Origin: Candidatus Bathyarchaeota archaeon
Lineage (GTDB): Archaea; Thermoproteota; Bathyarchaeia; Bathyarchaeales; Bathyarchaeaceae
Assembly: GCA_963806645.1 (NCBI GenBank)
Contig: CAWDYQ010000005.1
Span: 79,778 to 143,777 of the forward strand
Length of the DNA stretch: 64,000 nt
Reading direction: 5' to 3'
Made by a program: the position numbers and the translations under genes. The notes under the pieces are model-generated. The model was not told the DNA's origin. It did not search any database and saw nothing but the letters and a program-made list of their open reading frames with translations. Of this stretch, positions 9,939 to 19,757 are shown in pieces. Each line of letters opens with the position of its first letter. The stretch's first letter is position 1.

Positions 9939-10802
9939 TTAGGCACTGTCTGAAGGTGACATTGAAAAATCATTTTTAGCAAAAGAAATTTCAGGGTGAT
10001 CTTGTTCGCAATTTATTAAGTTTGAATAGGCCGAAGTATCATCATACACATGATAGTCTAACCAAGAAACAAGATGTTCCCAACCAACAGGGCTCATGTC
10101 ATGTCCCACTTCAGCTTGCTCAATTATCATTTTATTAGGATTTAATTCATCATAATAAGCTAATCCATGGGAATCGCTGGGTGCAATGTAATCGTTTGAC
10201 CCCGTGATTATCAGAACTGGAGAACTATTTTCTGCTGAAGAATTATCAATGTAGTATGGACAAATTGCTACAGAAGTTTTTATTCGTGTATCATTTAAGG
10301 ATAGGGTTGCAGCTCCACCTCCAGACATTCCCACAATAGAAACAAACTCTTCATTTATTGGAAGAGGAAAAATAGAAGTGTCAAAAACAAATGGAAGCAA
10401 TGTTTGAATATTGTTTCTGCTGTTGTTCACATACCTCGGAACATTATCTAAATCCTCTGGAGGAGTAGAGAATGCTAAAACTCCATATCCTTCTTGGGCT
10501 AAAATTGTTGCCCATCCAGCTGAATATTGTTTATGGCCTAATATGCCCCCTGCAAAAATAACAAGCGAACCTGAAAAGTTAGATGGGCAATACAAATCGT
10601 ATGAAACACCAGAATAACTCGAAGTTATCATGTGTATGGACGAATTGTTTGCATCAACTTCCTGAATATCAGACAATTTATACACTACTATGGCGAACAT
10701 CCCACAAATCAAAAGAGTACCAAAAAATAAACCTACGAACTTTTTCGTATTCATCTGAGGTTTGTTGCCTCCGATGTCCAATCGTATTTGAAATGATGCC
10801 AT
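9939..10802 (-). CDS. secreted or anchored alpha/beta hydrolase (dienelactone hydrolase / lipase-like)
   Basis: GMSGGG nucleophile elbow (GxSxG), a later D and GHD. The likely real start is ATG 10754 (MNTKKFVGLFFGTLLICGMFAIVV signal anchor). Confidence 0.7.
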   Translation of the reverse strand: MASFQIRLDIGGNKPQMNTKKFVGLFFGTLLICGMFAIVVYKLSDIQEVDANNSSIHMITSSYSGVSYDLYCPSNFSGSLVIFAGGILGHKQYSAGWATILAQEGYGVLAFSTPPEDLDNVPRYVNNSRNNIQTLLPFVFDTSIFPLPINEEFVSIVGMSGGGAATLSLNDTRIKTSVAICPYYIDNSSAENSSPVLIITGSNDYIAPSDSHGLAYYDELNPNKMIIEQAEVGHDMSPVGWEHLVSWLDYHVYDDTSAYSNLINCEQDHPEISFAKNDFSMSPSDSA

Positions 10803-11390
10803 TATGTTGCCCCTTAGTATTGTGATGGTCTTGTTTTACAGCGATGTAATAGCCTAACCAACGTTTTCGTTATTCCTGTAGTTCCTCGCTGAGTTTCGGC
10901 GAACATCTGCTGAAGCTTTCGCCTAACTGCGTTTGTCTTCCTTAAGAGTGTTTTTGCATTTTTTGTATATATTTACAGTAATTTGTCAAAGTTGCGATAA
11001 TCAGTTATGAAATTTTATACTTTTTTTATCTAGAAAATGTGCTAGATTTAGGTCAAACAAAATTTATTCTGTTGATTGGATGATGGACACGATAAATTTT
11101 GTGCGCATTATAACTTTAAAGAAAATGTTTCAAATTGAGTTTTTAAGATTTGATACATCACTGTTTGTTGATGTAGTTCAAAAAAATGCCTCAAGATTTT
11201 TAACTTTAAGAAACGAAACGAGTTGTTAACACTAAACTACTTTAAAGTGTGTTTTGGTATGAACTAAGAAATTGTTCCACTGGAAACATTCGGGTTCAGA
11301 GATATATCCGATTAATATTTCTATAACTTTAGTTTTCGTTGCGTTAAATAATAAGAAAAAAATTGTGGAATTAGGGATATTTTTTTGACG

Positions 11391-11663
11391 TTATTTTGAA
11401 CCCTTGTTTTCCACTTTAACAACTACTTCTTTTGGGCCTCGCATTTTTTCATAAATCATCATTGCTATGCTGAATGCGAACCAAATTATGATTCCATAGA
11501 TTACTCCGTTGATAATTCCTTCAGCCAGTGATGCATAATCTGTCTGTGTGATGTCAGGGATGTACTCTTGGATTATCCAATCTCCTATAGGTAGATGTAT
11601 GCCTGCAAGACCAATCAACACGAAGAGAACAAAGACAATAACAAAAATTATTGCTCCAATCAT
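11391..11663 (-). CDS. small membrane protein (2 TM)
   Basis: Track ORF with two hydrophobic helices. GGGAGGGAGGTGA lies directly upstream of the ATG. Confidence 0.5.
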   Translation of the reverse strand: MIGAIIFVIVFVLFVLIGLAGIHLPIGDWIIQEYIPDITQTDYASLAEGIINGVIYGIIIWFAFSIAMMIYEKMRGPKEVVVKVENKGSK

Positions 11664-11757
11664 CGTCTCACCTCCCTCCCCGTGAGTTATGCATTATTTT
11701 GTCTTAAAAAACCTTCGAAAAGACATTCTTTGTTTTTCTAGTACAATAATCTATTCA

Positions 11758-12432
11758 TCAAACATTCTTGTTTTTTGAGGAGTATTCTTTGATTTTTATA
11801 AATAAGCGATCGTTGCGCTCTTCTTTGCTGAAATTTAAAATGCTGATGGTTTCTTTGAAGTTTGGTCCGTCGATTGTCATGGTGTGATATTCTCCATTTT
11901 CGCCACAGGGGTCCATGCCTTTTTCTTCAGCTAGAACTTTAAGATCGTTAACTGATTTTTGGTTTAATTCTCTTCCAAGCCACTCTTTTGTGAACCACTT
12001 TTTTCCCAAACAAGTGAAAACTGATCTGAATCCGGATGATATTTCCTCATTCAATACTTTTCTGGTGTCTTGTTTCCACAGGGGCATAATTACAGAGATG
12101 TCTAACCCCTCGGTTACTTTATCCATCCATCTTCCATGCATGTCATCCACAACATAGATGTCACCTGTTATGATGCCTTCAATCCCTTTTTCTATAAGCT
12201 TCTTGATTGCGTTTCTATAGCTTTGTTCGTATGGCTCCTTTACTTGGAGTTTTAGAAGTGGGATTCCAATGGATTTAGCTTGCATCTCCATAATTGTGAG
12301 TGGATGACAAAATGATGGCCATGTCTCAGCAACGAAAACAACAAGATATCTAATATCATATCCTTCTTTTGATGCCTTATAACATGCTAGCGCTGATTCC
12401 ATTCCGCCGCTCCAAGAAACTGCAACTTTCAT
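11758..12432 (-). CDS. diphthine-ammonia ligase-like PP-loop ATPase (Dph6 / MJ0570 family)
   Basis: MKVAVSWSGGMESALA is an N-type ATP pyrophosphatase P-loop; also EYHT. I prefer the start at ATG 12432 (AGGAG upstream) over the track start at 12480. Confidence 0.75.
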   Translation of the reverse strand: MKVAVSWSGGMESALACYKASKEGYDIRYLVVFVAETWPSFCHPLTIMEMQAKSIGIPLLKLQVKEPYEQSYRNAIKKLIEKGIEGIITGDIYVVDDMHGRWMDKVTEGLDISVIMPLWKQDTRKVLNEEISSGFRSVFTCLGKKWFTKEWLGRELNQKSVNDLKVLAEEKGMDPCGENGEYHTMTIDGPNFKETISILNFSKEERNDRLFIKIKEYSSKNKNV

Positions 12433-12698
12433 CTCTAAAACTCCTATGTTTGTAATTGGACGTTGAATGTTTTTGTTCAATTATCATTCAACTAGTAGAA
12501 GATTAACATTTAAACATTTCCATAATATTGAAAGAATAGCAATATATTATACAAAAAAGTGAATAAACATTCATAATGACAAGAGACTCTGTATGTTGTG
12601 GGGATTCTTTCATGAAATATTTTAAGGTTTAAATTGTTATCAAGATTTTTCAAAGCCCTTAAATGAACGAGAAATTTTAGACTACTGCGTAACAGTAG

Positions 12699-13724
12699 AT
12701 GAAAAAAATGGTTACCTGCACCTTATGCAAAAAGAGAGATGCGATTTTTGGTCGCAGTTACTCGGGAGAGAATCTTTGTGGGAGATGCTTCTGTAAGACC
12801 ATCGAAGATAAGGTGCGAAGAACTATCAGCAAATATGAGATGCTTGGTCCAAAGGGCAAACTTATGGTAGGTGTCTCTGGAGGCAAAGATAGTGTCACAC
12901 TTCTTCATATATTAACAAAGATTGAAAAGGTATTTCCAGCTGTTTCTATCTGTGCAGGGACTGTTGATGAAGGAATAAGGCACTACCGTGATGAAGCGCT
13001 AAAAATTGCAGCAAGAAATTGCCAAAAACTTGGTATAGACCAAGTGGTTGTGTCTTTCAAGAAAATGTTTGGTTACGAGTTAGATGAAATTGTTGAGCTA
13101 CTTCGAAGGAGAGGAACAAATGGATTGACTCCATGCAGTTATTGTGGGGTACTTAGAAGGAAGGCTCTTAATACTATGGCTCGACAGGCTGGAGCTGACA
13201 AACTTGTTATAGGTCATAGTCTCGACGATGAGACTCAAACTATTCTTCTTAATATTTTCCATGGAGATCCAATGCGTATTGCACGGTCAAAGCCAATTAC
13301 AAATGTTGTTCATCCACAGCTTGTGCAACGTGTAAAACCTTTGTGCATGATTCCAGAAAAGGAAATTATTTTTTATGCTTATCTTATGGGTATAGAGTTT
13401 CAGTGCATCGATTGTCCTTATGCTCAAACTGCCTTAAGAAATGACGTAAGAAATATTCTAAATCAAATGGAGCATAAACATGCAGGAACATTGTTCACTA
13501 TTTTCAATTCAATAGAAAAGATTAGACCTGCGCTAGAAACCTTTGCAGCGGAAGTAAAACTCAATGATTGTAAAATATGTGGAGAACCAACCGTTGAGGA
13601 TCTCTGTAGACCCTGTGAGACTGCTTCAGGAACTTCGAGTTTTATAGCCAAAGGACATAGAAAGATTCTTTTTGGTCTATTATTATCAAGAAAGAATGTG
13701 AATTTCGTTGACTGTACTTTCTGA
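12699..13724 (+). CDS. ttuA: tRNA 2-thiolation PP-loop ATPase, TtuA/Ncs6 family
   Basis: N-terminal CTLC...CGRC zinc finger, VGVSGGKDSV PP-loop, central CSYCG, and C-terminal CKICGEP...CRPC. The last roughly 25 aa look out of frame; an alternative frame ends ...LLQELRVL* near 13650. Confidence 0.8.
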   Translation: MKKMVTCTLCKKRDAIFGRSYSGENLCGRCFCKTIEDKVRRTISKYEMLGPKGKLMVGVSGGKDSVTLLHILTKIEKVFPAVSICAGTVDEGIRHYRDEALKIAARNCQKLGIDQVVVSFKKMFGYELDEIVELLRRRGTNGLTPCSYCGVLRRKALNTMARQAGADKLVIGHSLDDETQTILLNIFHGDPMRIARSKPITNVVHPQLVQRVKPLCMIPEKEIIFYAYLMGIEFQCIDCPYAQTALRNDVRNILNQMEHKHAGTLFTIFNSIEKIRPALETFAAEVKLNDCKICGEPTVEDLCRPCETASGTSSFIAKGHRKILFGLLLSRKNVNFVDCTF

Positions 13725-14181
13725 TAATGAGATAATGAATTATCTTAAAACTGGAGAAATCAAACTTGAGCCATCGGACATATCAGCCTGCTTAAATCCT
13801 GCAGGTTATGACTTAAGGTGCTCAAAGACAGTAGTTCTGAAACCTAAACAGTATGAATTAGTGGCGACAATGGAAACCGTTGAATTGGGTGTAAGTTTAG
13901 TTGCATTTCTTCATATCCGTTCATCGCTTGCGCGGGAAGGTGTAATAGGAAGTTTTGCTGTTGTGGATCCTGGTTTTCGTGGGCAGCTAACGCTTAATCT
14001 CCAAAATGTTAGCGATAAAGAGATTACATTGAGAGAAGGTGAGCGGATAATACAGATTGTTTTCCATAAACTTGGGAACGACGCTCAGAAAAGCTACTCT
14101 GGGTCATATCAAGACAGCAAGGGAGTGGTTTCAAGTAGACGAAATAAAACGCCCAGATTTATAAATAAAATAAAACCTTAA
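13708..14181 (+). CDS. dcd: dCTP deaminase / dUTPase family protein
   Basis: TTG start. LSDNEIMNYLKTGEIKLEP at the N-terminus and VDPGFRGQLTLNLQN are typical of the Dcd/Dut trimeric family. The 157-aa length fits the short archaeal form. Confidence 0.8.
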   Translation: MTVLSDNEIMNYLKTGEIKLEPSDISACLNPAGYDLRCSKTVVLKPKQYELVATMETVELGVSLVAFLHIRSSLAREGVIGSFAVVDPGFRGQLTLNLQNVSDKEITLREGERIIQIVFHKLGNDAQKSYSGSYQDSKGVVSSRRNKTPRFINKIKP

Positions 14182-14349
14182 CTCCCGAACCACTTTACAA
14201 ACCATTTGAAATTTTCACATTCATCTTTAGATGGACATTTTAAACAGGGAAACTCCTTTCCTGCTTCTATAATCAAATTCCTAATAACTTTCTTGGTTTT
14301 CTTCATCTAAACTAAGTGAATCAATGCGTTTTTCAAATTCATTGTTCAT
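14178..14349 (-). CDS. small Cys-containing protein (about 57 aa), one frame break
   Basis: Below the track cutoff. GAGGAG SD then ATG 14349 gives MNNEFEKRIDSLSLDEENQ. After a 1-nt shift it continues KVIRNLIIEAGKEFPCLKCPSKDECENFKWFVKWFGS*. Confidence 0.3.
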
Positions 14350-14517
14350 GAAAATCTCCTCACTTCTACCTTTTCCATTTAAACGAATATAATCGATTTG
14401 ATGATTTTTCCTATTGTAAGTCAATTATAACCAGCAAAAAAATCCGTGTAAACCCGCTTTCTTATTATAAAACATCTTATTTTTTTAAAGTTACCAAAAA
14501 ATTGTTTGTTGAGTTAG

Positions 14518-16275
14518 CTATAGGAACCTTCTGGGGTCGGTGTCAATGTCAACTATGGTAGTTTTGCTTGATGCCAAAGCTTTGGCAATTGCTGCTTCAA
14601 GCATATCGGGTTCAGTGACTTTTATTCCCAATCCGCCGGCGTTTTTAGAGTAGTCCGCGAAGTTAAAATCGTACAGTTCTGTCTGCGCGCTAGTGTAGCC
14701 TTCTACTTTCTGTTCCTGCATAATCATACCTAACGATTTGTTGTTAAATATGAAGGTTTTAATTGGCATTTGATACTTTAAAGCAGTTAGGAAGTCACCC
14801 ATAACTTGAGTGAAGCCTCCATCACCTGTGATGCAAACGATTTGTCTTTCTGGATATGCAAGTGCCGCAGCCATAGCTCCTGGCAAACCGAATCCCATCG
14901 ATGCTAATAACCCACTCATTACCATTTTCTGTGTCTTTTTCATCTGGAAATTCCTTCCGAACCACCAACAATTTTCACCTATATCAAGCGAAATTATGGC
15001 GTCTTCTGCGATTTTGTCGTTTAGTATTTTGATTATATAAGGTGGCCTGATAGGTTTGAGTGAAGCATCGGCTTCTCGTTGGAGTTGTTGGTTCCATTCT
15101 TGCTTGAGTTTTGCGATTTCATCCAGATATGTAGTGTTCTGTTTTGATTGTACTTTCTTAGTTAGTTTCGGGATCAATATTGCACTATTACCAAGTAATC
15201 CAACTTCGACAGGGTAGTTTCTTGCGATGTTTTTCATGTTGATGTCTATTTGAACCATTCGTTTTTTTGGAAGCTGCGTATACTGACTAAAAGAGGAGCC
15301 GATTACTACAAGTAAGTCAGATTTTCTAACGAGTTTAGCGGCAGATGTTGAACCAGTTCCTCCATGTATACCTACACATAATGGGTGGTCTTCGTCGATA
15401 ACTCCCTTAGATCTAAAAGTGGTCACTATGGGTGCGCTGATTGTTTGAGCAAATTTCAAGAGTTTATTTCCTTGTCCTCTAGCACCGAAACCTGCGATTA
15501 TTACCGGACGCTCGGATTGGTCTATGATTTTTGCTGCTTTCTCGATTAGTGAATCTTCCACACCGAAAGCGAGACTAGGCATTCTTCCTTCGAATGGTTG
15601 AATGTATTTTTCGCAAGGAAGTTTTTGCACATCGTTGGGTATGCCGATGTTGCTTACACCTCGATCTAGCAATGAATGTTTGACAGCAAGGGTTACTAGC
15701 ATTGTGGTCTGGTCTTCAGTCATGAGAATTTTGTTAAAAACACAAATTGGTTCAAAAAAACTATGTTGATCGATTTCTTGGAGTGATCCTGGTCCAATAA
15801 ATTGCCTAGCTACCATTCCTGATAAAACTAGAACTGGAGAATTATCCAATGCTGCATCATATAGACCTGTAGCCAAATTTGTTGCTCCGGGTCCAGAAAC
15901 GCTTAGACAAGCGGAAATATTACCTGTAAGTTTACCGTAAGCTGAAGCCATAAAGGCTGCAACTTCTTCATGTCGCACTTGGATATAGTTTATTTTATTG
16001 CTTTTTCGTATAGCATCAACGATGCCAAGAGTTGATGTTCCAGGTACCCCAAAGACGTATCGTACACCCCATTCTGCGATTTGGTCGATAATAACTTCTG
16101 AAACTGTTCTGAATTTCTTGGATTGTTCAGTTGTTTCTTCTGTTAAGATCACAAAATCGGTTTTAGGTACTCCACAAACAGGGCAGACCCAATCTGGAGG
16201 CAAATCGCTGAATTTTTTTCCCTCTTTTGCTTCATCAAATACATAGTTGCATACTGTGCACCTGAACTTGGTCAT
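14518..16275 (-). CDS. thiamine-diphosphate enzyme (pyruvate oxidase / acetolactate synthase-like) with an N-terminal rubredoxin domain
   Basis: [38 protein letters not shown] is a canonical rubredoxin signature. It is followed by TPP_enzyme N, central and C domains with ITGDGGF...NN (the ThDP motif). ATG 16275 is preferred over the track TTG 16290. Confidence 0.85.
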   Translation of the reverse strand: MTKFRCTVCNYVFDEAKEGKKFSDLPPDWVCPVCGVPKTDFVILTEETTEQSKKFRTVSEVIIDQIAEWGVRYVFGVPGTSTLGIVDAIRKSNKINYIQVRHEEVAAFMASAYGKLTGNISACLSVSGPGATNLATGLYDAALDNSPVLVLSGMVARQFIGPGSLQEIDQHSFFEPICVFNKILMTEDQTTMLVTLAVKHSLLDRGVSNIGIPNDVQKLPCEKYIQPFEGRMPSLAFGVEDSLIEKAAKIIDQSERPVIIAGFGARGQGNKLLKFAQTISAPIVTTFRSKGVIDEDHPLCVGIHGGTGSTSAAKLVRKSDLLVVIGSSFSQYTQLPKKRMVQIDINMKNIARNYPVEVGLLGNSAILIPKLTKKVQSKQNTTYLDEIAKLKQEWNQQLQREADASLKPIRPPYIIKILNDKIAEDAIISLDIGENCWWFGRNFQMKKTQKMVMSGLLASMGFGLPGAMAAALAYPERQIVCITGDGGFTQVMGDFLTALKYQMPIKTFIFNNKSLGMIMQEQKVEGYTSAQTELYDFNFADYSKNAGGLGIKVTEPDMLEAAIAKALASSKTTIVDIDTDPRRFL

Positions 16276-16467
16276 AATTAGTAACTCCAAAAACCTTAGT
16301 CTATCTATGGTGATTTGGTTTTATCTGTTTTTTGGATTGAAGATTTAAATTTTTTTTACTCAGTTACAATGTATAATTAAGTTCAGTGTAAAGTTGCTGT
16401 TATTGTGAAATTATTGAAGTAAATATACAATTGTAATTAAGGCTAACTTGCATGATTCTTTGGATTT

Positions 16468-16605
16468 TTACAATCTTTCTCTTATGTATTTAATTAGTCT
16501 TTTATGCCGCTTTCTAGCGGTACATCTGTTTTCTAGATGTTCTGATTTTAAAGCGCTTGGAATGAGTTTGTTGCAGTATTTGCATCTTGATAATCCTTTT
16601 GGCAT
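16468..16605 (-). CDS. possible 45-aa basic C2HC zinc-finger protein
   Basis: Below the track cutoff. Reads MPKGLSRCKYCNKLIPSALKSEHLENRCTARKRHKRLIKYIRERL*. No clear SD. The overlapping + ORF 16448..16636 looks like noise. Confidence 0.3.
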   Translation of the reverse strand: MPKGLSRCKYCNKLIPSALKSEHLENRCTARKRHKRLIKYIRERL

Positions 16606-16885
16606 TGATCTTTGCCTACCCGTTAAGACTCCATGACGAATCTCTGTTTTTTCAAACTGGTTTATTTTTGAATTTTATATTGAATAACATGTCTTAATAA
16701 ATAATATGATTCTTGATATTTTGGCGTTACTGTCAATCTATACTACAACTATGCAGACACTTACGCATTTAATCCCGAAATTAGGTCATGAATATTTTAA
16801 TAATTATGTAATTTCTGAATAATTTTTTGCTAAAAGAGAAAGCGATATGAATTGTTTTTGGGACTATTTTAAAGCAAGCTATTTT

Positions 16886-17164
16886 TTAGGTTGTAGGGAT
16901 TTCTGGGAAAAGAATTTTTTTGGTATTTGCTCCACAATTTGGGCATTCGTTTAAATTTGCAGTGTAGATTGTTTTACAATAAGGGCATTCGATTCTAATC
17001 ATCTCGTTAAAATGTTTATCTAGAATGTCCATTTTCTTTTCCTGCAATTCTTTTTTATGTTTCATTTTTGAAGCAGAAAACGCAAACCATAATGACGCAA
17101 GTGTTATGATTACAAACATTACCGAAAAAATTAAAATTATTTCTCCAGCTATAGAAGATGTCAT
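16886..17164 (-). CDS. membrane-anchored zinc-ribbon protein
   Basis: N-terminal TM helix (IILIFSVMFVIITLASLWFAF) and a C-terminal CPYCKTIY...CPNCGA ribbon. Confidence 0.5.
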   Translation of the reverse strand: MTSSIAGEIILIFSVMFVIITLASLWFAFSASKMKHKKELQEKKMDILDKHFNEMIRIECPYCKTIYTANLNECPNCGANTKKILFPEIPTT

Positions 17165-17706
17165 TTTTTACCCTAAAATTACTGTTTATTACTTATTTCT
17201 TCTTTTGTAATGCTGGATTGAACTTAGATTTTATGAAACAGAACTAAAGATTGTTCATGAGTGTTTTAAATCCAAACAAAAAAGCTGTTTAATTTAACAA
17301 GAAGAAAAGGGATTTATGAGGCTCTGCATGGGGTATTTAGGAATGAAAAAAATGAAAAACAAGGCTACATTCGCCAGGTTAATATCATTTTATGCTTGAG
17401 CTTTCAATCCCTTTTTCTTCTAATACATCATCCTTGACTAATATAGAAAAACATTTTCGTCAAGAAAAATTGACTTAATATTCACTTCTTTAGGTCAAGA
17501 AATTTTGACTTGCGCCTAAGTATGAACTTAATCTCTCTTTGAAAATGCATTATCCTTACACTGCAAATATATTCTTTATATAAAAATTAAATTTGGAGTC
17601 CGTTTTCAAATTTTTATAACTACAAGTTGTTTGATGGCGAAAAAGTAAAGTTAAAATATTTTTGTGTATGTTGTATTGATATGAGCTTGTTTTAGGAGAC
17701 TATTTT

Positions 17707-17889
17707 ATGTCAAAATTTGAATGTGATTGTGGTGGAAAATTTACTAAACATTCTGCTGATGTTAGAGTTTGTCAAAAGTGCAAGAAAATTCCGAATATGA
17801 ATACTTTGCTTGAGATACTAGAGGAAATAGGTGTAAAAGAAGACACGATTCAAAAACTTAAGAAAGATGTTAATTATGTTCCGGTTTAG
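17707..17889 (+). CDS. small zinc-ribbon protein
   Basis: AGGAGA SD. CDCGGKF...CQKCKK motif. 60 aa. Confidence 0.45.
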   Translation: MSKFECDCGGKFTKHSADVRVCQKCKKIPNMNTLLEILEEIGVKEDTIQKLKKDVNYVPV

Positions 17890-17982
17890 ATAAATAATAA
17901 TCCATAGTTGATATTAAATAATTCAGTGAAATTCTTCATTTTCTGTTTTTTAGTGTTTTCTTTAGCACTTGTTTATGCGAGT

Positions 17983-18318
17983 CTATCTTTTAAGACTCTG
18001 AATCTTCATTTTTTTCTCTTTATTTAACGCTTTCAGTTCAGTCAATTCATATGCATATGTAGCTGTTTTTTCAACATTGTCTTTCGTTCTCCGAAAAATA
18101 ATTCGTAACAAATCCTCCTGACCTTGGGCCATTGATTCACCTGAACCAATGTTAACTTCAATATCCACATCACCTATTTTAAATTCAAGAAAACCACAAT
18201 TGGCTCTGCTAAAAACTTTGAAAAGAGATTGCCATTCAAACCTTTTAAATCCCAATAAATTAAGAAACTGGTCTAAAGCTATAAACCGATTATCAGGAAA
18301 CACGCCAGATTCACTCAT
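17983..18318 (-). CDS. hypothetical protein
   Basis: 111-aa track ORF of non-repetitive composition. I recognise no family. Confidence 0.5.
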   Translation of the reverse strand: MSESGVFPDNRFIALDQFLNLLGFKRFEWQSLFKVFSRANCGFLEFKIGDVDIEVNIGSGESMAQGQEDLLRIIFRRTKDNVEKTATYAYELTELKALNKEKKMKIQSLKR

Positions 18319-18467
18319 TGCGGCTACCCAGAAAAACTGTGCCTTATGGGATAAATTAAAGATTGAGCACTAAAATTTGTCTAAAATCTTTGGTAAAGCA
18401 AGTTTTTTTTATAAGCTGTTTACTTTTTCGATATTACCCCAAGCAACTAATCATGCTCTAAGCTTCC

Positions 18468-18623
18468 TTATTTCTTAAAGTAATCACAATCACATTTTTG
18501 GCATTTTCCAAAACCGTTGGTTACATATTCTTTGTAAGGACGATTTCTTTGAGCATCAAAGCGGTTAATAAAATCAAAGTGTTCATTTTTATTATGACCA
18601 CATTTACAAACTTTTTCAGTCAA
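18468..18623 (-). CDS. possible 51-aa Cys/His-rich protein (TTG start)
   Basis: Below the track cutoff. Reads (M)TEKVCKCGHNKNEHFDFINRFDAQRNRPYKEYVTNGFGKCQKCDCDYFKK*. Only a TTG start is available. Confidence 0.25.
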   Translation of the reverse strand: MTEKVCKCGHNKNEHFDFINRFDAQRNRPYKEYVTNGFGKCQKCDCDYFKK

Positions 18624-18720
18624 GTTTTACCCCAGATTTATTTCAGACCAATATATAAAAGAAATTTGTTTTTTTTCATCTTCAAAACTATTATATTTTA
18701 TATTAAAGATAATTGCCTTC

Positions 18721-18933
18721 ATGAAAGCGGTAAAGTGGTACACATTTTTTAAGATTAGTTTTGGGTGTGGCGTCGTTTTGTTTTTTGCTAGTATAATAGC
18801 AACATTGGTTGGTTGGAGTGGAGGACTCTTTCGAGATTTCGGAAATGTGGGATTGTTAGTAAGCACTTTTGTTTTCATTATTGCATATATTTGTTTTCAA
18901 AAATACAAACTAGAGTTATCTACTGAAAAGTGA
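18721..18933 (+). CDS. small membrane protein (2 TM)
   Basis: Track ORF with two hydrophobic helices. Preferred over the overlapping minus ORF 18627..18878, which is low-complexity. Confidence 0.4.
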   Translation: MKAVKWYTFFKISFGCGVVLFFASIIATLVGWSGGLFRDFGNVGLLVSTFVFIIAYICFQKYKLELSTEK

Positions 18934-19452
18934 TTAGCCGTAGATTGAAGCTCTGTAGGAATATTTTTTCCTGAACAATTTCAATGATTCGATTTTTAGT
19001 TTTGTTTCTAGTTCCCTTTGACTTTCTGATATAGTACTTAGATCTGGATGTCCTATGAACGGACCGCCTAAAACTGCGTTTGATTTTTTCTTTTCCAACT
19101 CTGGAATCGAAACTGGATTTTTCTCCAAAAGTTTGGAGATCAATCTTTGCTGCTTTTCTCCTTGGCTAAAACTATTGACTAATCTTTCAGTCTGTTTAGT
19201 TGAAAGTGGTCTAAATCCATATGATGGAGCACCCTCGACTAGCCTTTGCATCTCATTTGAGTCATCAATTTTTATTCCAACTCCTGTATGTTCTTGAGGA
19301 TTGAGCGGAATCATTTTTAGCATATATCCATCGTTTGGTCCTAACACCAGAAAGTTACCCTTATAATCTCTAAAAACATTCCAGCCCAAAGGATGCTTGT
19401 TATATCGCTTCATAATCTTAGGTAATAAAGATTCAATCGGTTCTGTAGCCAC
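18934..19452 (-). CDS. hypothetical protein
   Basis: 172-aa track ORF of balanced composition. No family recognised. Confidence 0.55.
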   Translation of the reverse strand: MATEPIESLLPKIMKRYNKHPLGWNVFRDYKGNFLVLGPNDGYMLKMIPLNPQEHTGVGIKIDDSNEMQRLVEGAPSYGFRPLSTKQTERLVNSFSQGEKQQRLISKLLEKNPVSIPELEKKKSNAVLGGPFIGHPDLSTISESQRELETKLKIESLKLFRKKYSYRASIYG

Positions 19453-19757
19453 TCTTATCTACCTTTAAATTAAGTAATTTGTAACTGTATTGGTCTTTTT
19501 ATAGTTCTTCTTTGTTTTCCAACTATTTTCCAAGAAATGAAATAACTCAAGTAAAAGCATTAGATCTCTTCCGCAAAACTCTCTTTTTTAAAAAATTAAT
19601 AGCAAGATATTAAATTAATTCCAATTGCATGCAAGAATTTCATAAAATCAAGTGAATTAGTATTTAGTTTTGAGCGTAAGTATTCTGGGTTCATCAAAAC
19701 TAAATAGCCCTTTAAAATAAGAATAAATCACGCAAAAAGTTTCAGTGAGGAGACAAT

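Noticed and set aside
10826-10930. Possible C/D box sRNA or leader hairpin upstream of the hydrolase gene (GUGAUGG, two CUGA, and a GGCGAA...TTCGCC stem).
   Set aside because: The box spacing (about 55 nt from the C-like box to the first CUGA) does not fit archaeal C/D sRNAs and the C box is imperfect. The 6-bp stem alone is not significant.
17303-17418. An 11-bp inverted repeat GAAAAGGGATT / AATCCCTTTTC separated by about 93 nt in the 17165-17706 gap, as a possible ncRNA closing stem.
   Set aside because: The interior shows no convincing additional pairing and is not GC-enriched. A single A/T-rich 11-mer pair is weak evidence.
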